Assembly (NCBI RefSeq): GCF_000737315.1
Contig: NZ_JMCB01000004.1
Span: forward strand, 186,001 to 250,000
Length of the DNA: 64,000 nt
Reading direction: 5' to 3'
DNA from: Hyalangium minutum
GTDB lineage: Bacteria > Myxococcota > Myxococcia > Myxococcales > Myxococcaceae
Positions 39,688 to 57,647 of this stretch are shown one piece after another. Positions within the stretch are counted from its first letter, which is position 1; each line of letters begins with the position of its first letter. A program made the translations under genes and the position numbers. The notes under the pieces were generated by a model. It saw only the letters and a program-made list of their open reading frames with translations, searched no databases and was not told the DNA's origin.

Positions 39688-41238
39688 TTACTGCGAGAAG
39701 CCCTCGAGCATGTAGTGGGCCTCGATGCGCTTGAGCGCGAGGATCATCGCGGCGCAGCGCGGGTCCACCGTCTTGCTGATGCAGTAGCCGCGGCTGTCGT
39801 GCATGTCCGTCTTGCGCGGCTGGTTGCGGGAGATGTCGCGGATGATGCGGTAGTTGCGCTTCATCGCCTTCTCCAGGCGCTGATCCACCTCCGACTCGCT
39901 CCAGCGCTCCATGCGCTTGTTCTGGATCCACTCGTAGTAGCTCACCGTCACGCCGCCGGCGTTGGCGATGATGTCGGGGATCAGGTCGATGCCGCGCTTC
40001 TGGAGGACGCGGTCGGCCTCGGGGGTGGTGGGGCCGTTGGCGCCCTCGGCGACGAGCTTGACCTTGAGGCGCTCGGCCACGTCGGCGGTGATCTCACCCC
40101 CGAGCGCGGCGGGGATGAGCATGTCGGCCTGGATCTCCCAGAGGTCCTTCTTCTCGATCTTCTGGGCGCCGGGGAAGCCCGCCACGCTCCGCTTGAGGTT
40201 CTTCGGGTCGCTGACGTAGGCCATGAGGGCGTGCACGTCGATGCCGTCGCCGTTGTAGATGGAGCCGTCGGCGTCATTGACGGCCAGCAGGCGGGCGCCC
40301 ATGTTGGCGAGGATGGCGGCGCCGTGGCTGCCCACGTTGCCGAAGCCCTGGAGGACGAACGTCTTGCCCTTCACGGACTCGCCGCGGTCGGCGTAGTAGT
40401 CCTCGATGCAGTAGGCGACGCCCTGGCCGGTGGCCTTCACGCGGCCCTCGGAGCCGCCGATGCGCACGTCCTTGCCGGTGACGATGCCGCGCAGGTTGTG
40501 GCGCTCGCGCTCACCGTCCGAGTACTCGCGGAGCATGAGGGCCATGATCTCCCCGTTGGTGCCCACATCCGGGGCGGGGATGTCGATGTTGGGGCCGATC
40601 ATGCTCTTGAGCTTGTACATGAAGCGCAGGGTGATGTTCTCCAGCTCCTCCCGGCCGTACTGGCGCGGGTCGATCTGGATGCCACCCTTGCCGCCGCCGA
40701 ACGGAACCTCGGAGATGGCCGTCTTCCAGGTCATCTCCGCGGCCAGGGCCTTGAAGAGGTCCAGGGAGACCTCGCGGTGGTAGCGGATGCCGCCCTTGTA
40801 GGGGCCGCGGGCCTGGTTGTGCTGGACGCGGTAGGCCTTGAAGCGCTGGGACTCACCGGGTACCAGCTGGTAGACGCCGCCATCCGGAAGGCGCAGGTGG
40901 CCGCGGCGGATGTTGACGTCCGAGCCCAGCAGGGCGCGTCCGTTGAGAATGATCTTCCCGTCGGCCAGGCGCTCAAGTCCGTCGGGGTTGCGGACCTGGG
41001 TGACGGACAGATCCGAGAAGGCCTTGGCCTCCTCGGGGGCCAGGGGGACCAAGCGGTCCTTCAGCTTGGTGGTGACGTAGAAGATGTGCTCGTAGTCGGG
41101 CTCTTCCAGCTCGAGGCGAACGCGCTTGTCCAGACCGATCAGATCGGCGGCGCGGTGGAAGATCTCCATTGCCTCCGTGTAGATGGTCCGCTTGGGAGAG
41201 GGCGCGGGGGCGCGCATGAAGTTCTCTTCGCTAGCCAT
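39688..41238 (-). CDS. Glu/Leu/Phe/Val dehydrogenase (probable glutamate dehydrogenase)
   Basis: YRVQHNQARGPYKGGIRY, MTWK, PFGGGKGG, IPAPDVGT, QGFGNVG, EGANGP, NAGGVTVSYYEW. Confidence 0.93.
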   Translation of the reverse strand: MASEENFMRAPAPSPKRTIYTEAMEIFHRAADLIGLDKRVRLELEEPDYEHIFYVTTKLKDRLVPLAPEEAKAFSDLSVTQVRNPDGLERLADGKIILNGRALLGSDVNIRRGHLRLPDGGVYQLVPGESQRFKAYRVQHNQARGPYKGGIRYHREVSLDLFKALAAEMTWKTAISEVPFGGGKGGIQIDPRQYGREELENITLRFMYKLKSMIGPNIDIPAPDVGTNGEIMALMLREYSDGERERHNLRGIVTGKDVRIGGSEGRVKATGQGVAYCIEDYYADRGESVKGKTFVLQGFGNVGSHGAAILANMGARLLAVNDADGSIYNGDGIDVHALMAYVSDPKNLKRSVAGFPGAQKIEKKDLWEIQADMLIPAALGGEITADVAERLKVKLVAEGANGPTTPEADRVLQKRGIDLIPDIIANAGGVTVSYYEWIQNKRMERWSESEVDQRLEKAMKRNYRIIRDISRNQPRKTDMHDSRGYCISKTVDPRCAAMILALKRIEAHYMLEGFSQ

Positions 41239-41472
41239 GTGCTGCTCCTTGCGTGAGGCGAAGGGGGTTTAGCCGTGGCCCTTATGCTCATAGGGCGTCA
41301 GCGGAAGCAACCCGCGCCCCGTGCGCGAAAGTGCAAAAACTAATGGAATCTCAAGCACTTAGCCGACGCACTGTGTCACAGAAGACCTCACGACCGGTCG
41401 GTAGGGGAGCGGGCCCGAAACAAATGCATTGCCCTGCCAGAGGGTGCATGGTAATTCGCCGCGCCACGCCGC

Positions 41473-41548
<76 letters not shown>

Positions 41549-41565
41549 AGAAGATCAGGTGTTTG

Positions 41566-41599
41566 AGGGCCGGTTGCCGCAAGGCAGTCGGCCCTTTTT
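41566..41599 (+). terminator. Rho-independent terminator after tRNA-Thr
   Basis: AGGGCCGGTTGCC-GCAA-GGCAGTCGGCCCT followed by TTTT. Confidence 0.85.
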
Positions 41600-41993
41600 C
41601 TTGGGCGTAGAGGAGGCCTGGAACGAGGGCAGACCTACCAGCGGTCCGGGGGGTACGCGAAGGGCCTGCGAGAACTCCGCTGCCGGCATCGATAGCCCTC
41701 GCCGCAGACGTCAGGGTTCTCCGGATCGCAGGCAGGCAGACACCGCCAGTCAGCGCAGACCTTCTCCTCGGAGCTGGATGCCGTGAGTGGGCGTAGCGAT
41801 GGCACCTAGAGGGTTGGCTCGCGCGAGGAGCGCGGCCGGTAAGCGACTGGAGGCATCGACCCAGCTCTTGCCCAGGCATCGGATGCGACACGAAACAAAC
41901 CCTACTCATTGAATCGGAATCTCAAGGGGTGAGAAATCCAGTCTGGGTTTTGCGGGATATCTCGTATTGACCGGTGTTTCACGCCGTGGGGTA

Positions 41994-48463
<6,470 letters not shown>

Positions 48464-48467
<4 letters not shown>

Positions 48468-51400
48468 GCAACCCCCGCGACAACATGAGCGGTCTCAGCC
48501 TCGAGGAGAAGCGCAAGCTCCTCGCGGAGCTCCTGGCGAAGTCGGGGAAGGGCGCTCCCCGCATCTTTCCACTCGCCTCGGGACAAAAGGCCCTATGGCT
48601 CCTGCAGCAGCAGGAGCCGGAGGGCGCTGCCTACAACACGCCCTTCGCGCTCCGCATTCGATCCCCGATCGAGGTGGGGGCCTTGAAGCGCGCCTTCGAG
48701 ATGGTGGCCGCGCGCCACCCGGGCCTGCGAACCACGGTCTCCTCGACCGCGGATGGGCAGCTCCTCCAGACGAGCCACCCCGTGCTCGAGCCGCACTTCG
48801 CTCACATCGATGCGACGAGTTGGAGCGCCGAGCAGCTCCAGGCCGCGGTCGTTCGCGCCTACCGCCAGCCGTTCTCCCTGGAGCGGGGTCCGCTCTTCCG
48901 GGGCGATCTGTTCAGCGCTCGGCCTGATGACCATGTGCTCCTGATCACGGTGCACCACATCGTCTACGACGGGTGGTCGGCGGGGATCGTCCAGCAAGAG
49001 CTCACGCAGATCTATCAGGCGCTCTCGCGGGGAGAGCAGCCGTCGCTGGCGCCCGTCACGGGCAGCTATGCCGACTTCGTCGCGCAGCAGGCGGAGATGC
49101 TCTCGGGGGCGGTGGGGCGCAAGCACTGGGAGTACTGGCAGAAGAAGCTCTCCGGCGAGCTGCCCGTCCTCGCGCTCCCCGCGGATCGAAGCCGATCGGC
49201 CCTCGCGGCGAACCGGAGCGGCGCGTGCTCACTCAGGCTCCAGCCCGAGCTGACGAACCGGATCAAAGAGCTCGCGCAGAGCGCAGAGGCCACCCCCTTC
49301 GTCGTGCTCTTGTCCGCCTACGCCGCCCTGCTCGGGCGCCTGTCCCGGCAGGAGGACATCCTGATCGGCTCCCCGACGGCCGGGCGCCCGGACGCTGCCT
49401 CTCATGGTGTGGTGGGCTACTTCGCCAACGCCGTGGCACTTCGAGCGGATCTCTCCGGCGCTCCCTCCTCCCGGAAGCTGATCGCGCGGCTGCGCGACGT
49501 GGTGCACGAGGCGCTGGAGAACCAGGACTTCCCGTTCGCGTCGCTGGTGGAGCGGTTGGGGATTGCGCGCAGCCCTGGCGTGTCGCCCATCTTCCAGGCG
49601 TCCATGACCTTCCACTCCTCTCGCGAGGGTGGAGGCGCTATGGCGCTCTGGGCCACGCCGGATGAGGAGGCCCGCGTCCGGTGGGGGCACCTGGATCTCG
49701 AGCCCTATCCGCTCAGCGAGCAGGAGACCCAGTTCGATCTCACCCTCGAGATGTGGGAGGCCCGCGGCGCGTTCTCCGGCGCGTTGCGCTTCAACCGTGC
49801 GCTCTTCAATGACAGCACGGTGGCCCTGTGGCGAGGCTACTTCGAGAAGCTCCTCGAGCAGATGGTGCGCGCTCCGGATGAGCCGATTGCCCGGCTGGCG
49901 CTGGCAGAGCCCGTCACGGCCGCGCAGGTCCAGGGTGGCACGCAGCCCGTGAGCCAGCCAGATCGCGCTGGCGGGAGCACCATCACCGGTTGGTTCGAGG
50001 CACAGGCCGCGCGAAGCCCAGACGCGGTCGCGCTCAGCTTCGGGGACGTGCACCTCGACTACGCCGAGCTCAACGCCCGCGCGAACGTCCTGGCCCATGA
50101 GCTTCGAAGCCGTGGCGTTGGCCCCGAGTCCCTGGTGGGCGTCTGTGTCGAGCGGAGTGCGGAGCTGGTCATCGCCATCCTGGGCGTGCTCAAGGCCGGC
50201 GGGGCCTATGTCCCGCTGGATCCGGCCAGCCCGCGTGAGCGGCTCGCGCTGATCCTCGAGGACGCGGAAGTCTCCGCGCTCGTCACCGAGACCCGGCGCA
50301 GCGGCGAGCTTCCCACGGAGAAGGTGTCCACGATCTTCGTGGACGCGCTCCAGTGGCAGGGTGGGCAGCGGGCGCCGAATCCGGAGCCTGGCGTCACGCC
50401 GGACAACGCCGCCTATGTCATCTACACCTCCGGATCCACCGGGCGCCCCAAGGGCGTGATCGTCACCCACTCCAACGCCACGCGCCTGTTCACCACGACG
50501 GAGGCGCTCTTTGGTTTCGGGCCGGAGGACGTCTGGACGCTGTTCCACTCCGCCGCTTTCGACTTCTCTGTCTGGGAACTCTGGGGACCGCTCTTCTATG
50601 GCGGCCGCCTGGTCGTCGTCCCTCACTGGATGACCCGCTCCCCCGAGGCCTTCGGCGAGCTCATTGCCCGTGAAGGGGTGACGGTCCTCAACCAGACGCC
50701 CTCCGCATTCCGAGCGCTCGTCCGGGCGCCCTCGATCGATGACGGGCAGGGCGGCCGAGGGCTCAAGTGGATCATCTTCGGCGGTGAAGCGCTCGACGCA
50801 GCGACCGTCCGTCCATGGTTCGAGCGGTATCCGGGCGCGGACACGCAGCTCATCAACATGTATGGCATCACCGAGACCACGGTGCATGTCACGTATCACC
50901 GGGTCACCGAGGCGGACCTCACGTCCGCGGCGAGCCCGATCGGCTGCCCCATCCCGGATCTCACGATCCGCCTGCTCGATGAGCACGGCCAGCCCGTTCC
51001 GGACGGCGTCCCGGGGGAGATGTATGTCGGTGGAGCGGGAGTCGCGAGGGGGTATCTCAAGCGGCCGGAGCTCACCGCCAAGCGCTTCATCGAGGACCCG
51101 GACTCCCCTGGAGCGCGCCTCTACCGCTCGGGCGACCTCGCCATCCGCCAACCGGATGGCACCTTCACGTACCTCGGCCGCATTGACGATCAGGTCAAGA
51201 TCCGCGGCTTCCGCATCGAGCTCGGCGAGATCCAGTCGGTGATCGCCCTCCATCCGGCCGTCGCCGAAGCCTACGTCACCACCTACGAGCGGAGCGCGGA
51301 CGACCGGCGGATCGCCGCCTACGTGGTGCCCAGGCAAGGCGCGGCGGAGATGCTCCTCTCCTCCAGCGCGGACGGGGGAATCGGTGACACCCACGTCGGT

Positions 51401-54400
51401 GAGTGGAAGGCGCTCTACGACGAGATCTACGCGCGCTCCGTGGGTGAGGCCCAGACGGATCCTGGCTTCAACATCGCAGGCTGGAACAGCAGCTACTCTG
51501 GCGCGCCGCTCAGCGCCGAGGCCATGAAGGAGTGGGTCAACCACACCGTTGCGCAGCTCCTCGAGCGGAAGCCGTCGCGGGTGCTCGAGATCGGATGCGG
51601 GACCGGCCTCCTGCTCACGCGGATCGCGCCCTCCACGACCGCGTACTGGGCGACGGACGTCTCGGGGGTCGTGGTCGACATGCTCCGAGGGGTGACGAAG
51701 AAGACCCCGGGCCTCGAGCATGCGCGGCTCTTCCACTGTGCCGCGGACCAGCTTCAGAGCATCGACTTCGGCAGCGAGCGCTTCGAGGCGGTGATCTTGA
51801 ACTCGGTGGTCCAGTACTTCCCGAGCGCGGAGTACCTCGCCCGGGCACTGGAGTCCGCCTCTGCGCGCGTGAGCACGGGAGGATTCATCTTCGTCGGGGA
51901 CGTGCGGAACCTCCGTCTGCTCGAGGCGTTCCATGCGTCGATCGTCCTGGCCCAGAGCTCGGGCACGCTCGAGCCCCACACGTTAAAGGGGCGCGTGGCG
52001 CGGCGGATGGCTGGAGAGGAAGAACTGGTCCTCGATCCGGGCTTCTTCTGGGCCTTGAAGCAGCGCATCCCTCGGCTGAGCCATGTCGAGATCCGCCCGA
52101 AGCGTGGTGATTGCCTGAATGAGCTCACCCGCTTCCGCTACGATGTGCTCCTCCACCTGGACACCGCACCGGCCCCCGCAGCCGACGTGGTCTGGGGCCC
52201 GGGCAACGTCAGCCTGCTGGAGCTGCGTGCGCGCCTCGGCCAGGCAGGCACCCGGCGCATCGGTCTGCGCGGCATCCGGAATGCCCGCGTCGAGGCGGCC
52301 CTCGAGGCCTTGGCGAGCCTGAGCGATCAGGCCCCAGCGAAGCCAGGCTCGTTCGAGAAGCTCCGCCGCCGCCTGTTGGATCGCGACGGCTCGGTCCCCG
52401 CCAGCGAGCCCGAGCCCGGGATCGATCCCATGGCCCTCGAGCAGCTTGCCAGGGAGACTTCGTGCACTGTCAGCCTGGACTGGTCTCGTGGCGGTGTGGA
52501 CGGCTCCTTCGACGCGGTCTTCACCGCAGCCGCAGACCTCTCCGGCAAGCCCATCGCGCTCTTCGGGGCAGCGCCCGAGGCAGTACCGGGTGCTCGCCAC
52601 GCCAATGATCCCCTCCGCGGGCGCCTGGAGCGCCGCCTGGAGAGCGACCTTCGGAAGAGGGCGCAGGAGCACCTGCCGGACTACATGGTGCCGGCGAGCA
52701 TCATGGTGATCGACGAGATCCCGCTGACCGGGAACGGCAAGGTGAACCGGCGCGCCCTGCCGGTCCCCGCGGCTCCGCAGGGCCTGGACACCGCGTACGT
52801 CGAGCCCAGGACCGGTGAAGAAGAGATCCTGGTGAGCATCTTCGCCGAGCTGCTCGGCGCGGAGCGGGTGGGCGTGCACGAGAGCTTCTTCGACCTGGGA
52901 GGCCACTCGCTCCTGGCCACGCAGGTGGTCTCGCGCGTCCGCGCCGTCTTCGGAGTCGATGTTCCGCTGCGCACGCTCTTTGACAGCCCGACCGTCGGGG
53001 GACTCGCGACGGCGGTGCAGCAGTTGCGCAAGCGCTCGGGCTCCGCGGCGCTCGACTTCACCTCGCCGATGGAGCGGCCGCCTCAGATCCCGCTCTCCTC
53101 CTCGCAGGAGCGGCTGTGGATCCTCGACCGCATCGTGGAGACGCGGGCGCCCATCTACGTCATCCCCCTGGTGCTTCGGCTCCGCGGTCCGCTCGACCAG
53201 GAGGCGCTCCGTCAGAGCCTTGACGGGATCATCCAGCGCCACGAGGTGCTGCGCACCCGCTTCGCCATGGTGGGCGGCCAGGCCGTTCAGGAGATCGCCG
53301 AGGAGCTGCACGCCGAGCTCCCGCCGGCCGAGGAGCTCGGCTACCACCCGGGGGCCACCGAGGCGGAGATCTCGAGGCTCATTCAAGATGAGGTGGGGCT
53401 CGAGGTCTCCCGCCCGTTCGATCTCGAGCGCGGCCCGCTGATCCGGATGCGCCTCTTCCGCATCGCGGAGGGCGACCACGTGCTCGTCCTCACGATGCAC
53501 CACATCGTCTCCGACGGCTGGTCCGTGGGGATCCTCGCGCGTGAGCTCTCGGCGGGCTACAACGCGCGCCGCTCGCAGCGCGAGCTGGTGTTGCCAGCGC
53601 TCCCGGTTCAGTACGCGGACTTCGCCCTCTGGCAGCGGCAGCTCCTGAAGGACGGCGCGCTCGCCGAGTCCATCGAGGCCCACAAGCAGCGGATCGCCGG
53701 GGCGCCCACGTCCCTCAACCTCCCCGCGGATCGGCCTCGGCCGGAGACCCCCTCGTACCGGGGCGGCGTGGTCCGCTTCATGGTGGATCGTGGCCTCTCG
53801 ACACGCCTCAAGGAGATGAGTCGCCGCGAGGGTTCCACGCTGTACATGACCTTGCTGACCGCCTTCGCGGCCTACCTCTCGCGCCTGAGCGGCCAGAAGG
53901 ATCTGATCATCGGCTCGCCCGTGGCGAACCGGAACCGCGCCGCGACGGAGCCGCTGATCGGCTTCTTCGTCAACACGCTCGCGCTCAGGATGGACCTGTC
54001 GGGAGACCCGACCTTCCTGGAGCTGCTGGCGCGCGTCCGGCGCACGGCGCTCGACGCGTATGCGGACCAGGATGTGCCCTTCGAGAAGTTGGTGGAGGTC
54101 GCCGCGCCTGAGCGGAGCCTCAGCCGCCAGCCCCTGGTCCAGGTGATGTTCGCGCTCCAGAACGCGCCGTTCTCGCCTCCTGCGCTCGATGGCCTCCACG
54201 TGGAGCCCCTGGAACTGGACAGCATCACCGCCAAGTTCGATCTGACGCTGTCCATGCAGGAGTCCGCGGACGGCTTGACGGGCCTCCTCGAGTACAGCGC
54301 GGAGCTGTTCGACCGGGAGCGCATCGAGCGGATGGCCGAGCACCTCGTGGTGTTCCTGCGTGCGGCGGTCGAGCAGCCGCAGCGGCATGTGCACGCGTTC

Positions 54401-57400
54401 GACCTCCTCGGTGCGCGTGAGGCCGGACTGCTGGCGGAGTGGGCCGAGGGCCCTGACGCCCCGCCCGCCCCCGGCTCGGTGGTGGAGCTGTTCCAGGCCC
54501 AGGCCCGGAGCACTCCGGACGCGATTGCGCTCGAGCAAGGGGACGTCAGCCTCAGCTACGCGGAGCTCGATCAGCGCTCCACACGCCTGGCGAGGCACCT
54601 CGTCTCGCTGGGCCTGGGGCCGGAGAAGCGGGCCGCGCTCTGCCTGCCGAAAAGCATCGAGTTCATCGTCTCCGTGCTGGGCGTGTGGAAGGCCGGTGGG
54701 GCGTATGTCCCGCTCGATCCGGAGTACCCCGAGGCGCGCCTCAGCCACATGCTGGAGGACTCGGGCGCGGAGCTCCTGCTCACGGTGCGCGCGTTGGGCG
54801 AGCGGCCGGGCTTCCGAGGGAAGACGCTCTGGATGGACGAGGCGCTGCCCGACCTTGCGGAGCCGTCCACCCTGGCGCCCCCGAGCGGCGGCTCGATGGC
54901 CTACATCATCTATACCTCGGGCTCGACGGGGAAGCCGAAGGGCGTGGTGCTGGAGCACCGAGGGGTCTCGAACATCGCCGTCGCCTCACGGGAGCTGCTC
55001 TCGCTCACCCCGGACAGCAGGGTCCTCCAGGCGGCCTCCACGTCCTTCGATGTCTCGGTCTGGGACTTCGTGATGGCGTTCGCGAGCGGTGCCCGGCTGG
55101 TGCTGCCCGTCGACGAGACTTCGAAGGCCGGCGAGGGCCAGGCGGCGCTGCTGCGGGAGAAGCGCATCACCCACGTGTGCCTGACGGCGTCGGCGATCGC
55201 AGCGCTGCCCGAGGGCCCGTATCCCGACCTTCGCGTGCTCACCACCGCCGGAGAGGCCTGCCCCGCCGAGCTGGTGAAGAAGTGGGCCACGGAGTCCCGG
55301 CGCTTCATCAATGCCTACGGCCCGACGGAGACGACCATCATCGCGACCCTTACGGGCCTCCGGAAGGGCGATACGGGCGCTCCGCCCATCGGCCGTCCTC
55401 TGCCGGGACTGGTGGCACGGATCCTCGACGCCCATCAGCACCAGGTGCCCATCGGGGTCCCCGGCGAGCTGTACGTGGGGGGGCTCGCCGTTGCACGCGG
55501 GTATCACAGGCTCGAGGAGCTCACCCGTGAGCGCTTCGTCCGGGATCCGTTCTCGAGCAGCCCCGACGCCCGGCTCTATCGCACGGGCGATCTCGCGCGC
55601 TGGAGGAACGACGGCAACATCGACTTCCTCGGCCGCCTCGACCACCAGGTGAAGCTCCGGGGCTTCCGGATCGAGCTGGGTGAGGTGGAAGCGGTCATCG
55701 ACAGCCATCCGGGAGTCCAGCGTTCGCTCGTCATCGTCTACAAAGGTCAGCTCGCCGCCTACGTCGCGAACCGCGGCGGAGCTCCTCTCACGGTCCATGC
55801 TCTCCGTGAGCACGCGAAGAGCCAGCTGCCCAGCTACATGGTGCCTGCGCACTTCATCCTCCTCGATGCGTTCCCCCTGACGCCGAGTGGGAAGATTGAT
55901 CGCAAGAAGCTGTCGGATCCCGTGGAGGCCCAGGAGCCCGTCGTCTTCGCCGCACCCCAGTCTCGCGAGGAGCAGATCCTCGCGGAGATCTGGGCCACGG
56001 TGCTGAAGAAGAAGTCGGTCGGAGCCCACGACAACTTCTTCGCGCTCGGAGGGGACTCGATCCTGGGCCTGCAGATCATCTCTCGCGCCACCCAGCAGGG
56101 GCTGCGCCTGAGGCCGCGTCAACTCTTCGAGCATCAGACGATCGCGGAGCTGGCCCGAGTGGCTTCCAGCGCCCGGGTGCTCCACGCCGAGCAAGGCAAG
56201 GTGGCGGGGAGCGCGCCGCTCACGCCCATCCAGCGCTGGTTCTTCGAGCAGGAGCGCGTCGAGCCGCAGCACTTCAACATGGCGGTGTTGGTCGACATCG
56301 ATCCAGGCATCGATCTCGCCGTGCTCCGCCGCGCGCTCGACGCGGTGGAGCTCCACCATGACGCGCTCCGGCTCCGCTTCCGCCGGGACGGCACGGCCTG
56401 GAGCCAGTACCACGCGGAAGGCGAGGCCCTGGGCATCCCCCTGGAGGAGCTGGACGTCGCTGGGAGCGACGCCGTGGAGGGAGCGCTCGCCAGGGTCCAT
56501 GGATCCCTTGATCTCGAGCGTGGCCCGCTCATGCGCGCCGCGCTCCTGCGCCTGGGTCCCGGCTCCGCGCGGCTCGCCCTGGTGGCCCACCACCTGGTGG
56601 TGGACGCCGTCTCGTGGGGCTTCATCCTCGAGGATCTGCTGACCGTGTACACCCAGCTCTCGAGCGGTCAGGCGATCGGGCTCCAGCCGAAGACCACGTC
56701 CTTCCAGCACTGGGCGAAGCGCCTCGAGGCCTACGCCGAGTCGCCGAACGCCCGGTCCGAGTTCGATGCGTGGCTCGCCGCCTCCCAACGTGACGCCGCG
56801 CATGAGTTCCCGCTGAACGATCCCACCGCCTCGGACACGGTCGCCGAGGCCTCCCGGCTCGTGTCCCGGCTCGAGGTGGACGAGACGCTGCTGCTGATGA
56901 ACGAGGTGCCCAAAGCCTACGATGTCCAGGTCAACGAGGCGCTGATCGCCGCGCTGGCCCGGACGCTCTCGGTCTGGACCGGCCACAGCACCGTCCGGAT
57001 GGATCTGGAAGGCTACGGGCGAGAGTTCCTGTTCGAGGACGTCGATGTGAGCCGCACGGTGGGGTGGTTCACCGCGCTCTTCCCGCTGCGCCTGCACGTC
57101 GGCGCCAAGGAGAACATGCGAGAGGCGCTCGCCCGCGCGAAGGATGCCCTCCGCCGCATCCCTCGAGGCGGGGCCGGCTATGGAGTCCTCCGCTACCTGT
57201 CCACGGACCCGTCGATCCGCTCGAGGCTCGAGGCCGTCGGGCATGCCGGGATCGTCTTCAATTACCTCGGGCAGATGGGCACCATCCCGGCGCACGGCGT
57301 GCTCCGCGGCGCCGCCAAGGAAGGCCTGGGCCCTCTCCACTCCCCGGGCGCCGCCAGGCCCCACCGCATCGAGCTCAACGCCGTCGTCGAGGCGGGGCAA

Positions 57401-57613
57401 GTCCTGCGTCTCGACTGGACCTTCGGCTCCAAGGTCCTCCGCAAGGAGACCCTCGAGAGCCTGAACCAGGCGTTCATCTCCAACATCCGCGAGCTGATCC
57501 GTGACCGCGCGCAGCCGGCCGCCACGGTCCGTGTGGCCGCGGACTTCCCCGCCGCGCGCCTGAGTGCCAAGGACCTGAAGAACGTCCTCAAGCAGACGAA
57601 GAAGCCGCGATGA
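48464..57613 (+). CDS. mchB: Bimodular NRPS C-A(Thr)-NMT-PCP-C-A-PCP-E; MchB-like
   Basis: C1 HHIVYDG; A1 code read as DFWNIGMVHK (Thr); MT VLEIGCGTG; PCP1 GGHSLL; C2 HHIVSDG; A2 code about DVWCTAAIIK; PCP2 GGDSIL; E HHLVVD...LEGYGRE; C-terminal COM-like DFPAARLS. Confidence 0.88.
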
Positions 57614-57647
57614 ATCCCGTGAAAGGTGAGGCAGTGAGGACCGTGTC

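Noticed and set aside
41600-41960. Integrase, transposase or small ORF between the tRNA and the PKS
   Set aside because: Only short ORFs without RBS or recognisable motifs; more likely promoter or leader sequence.
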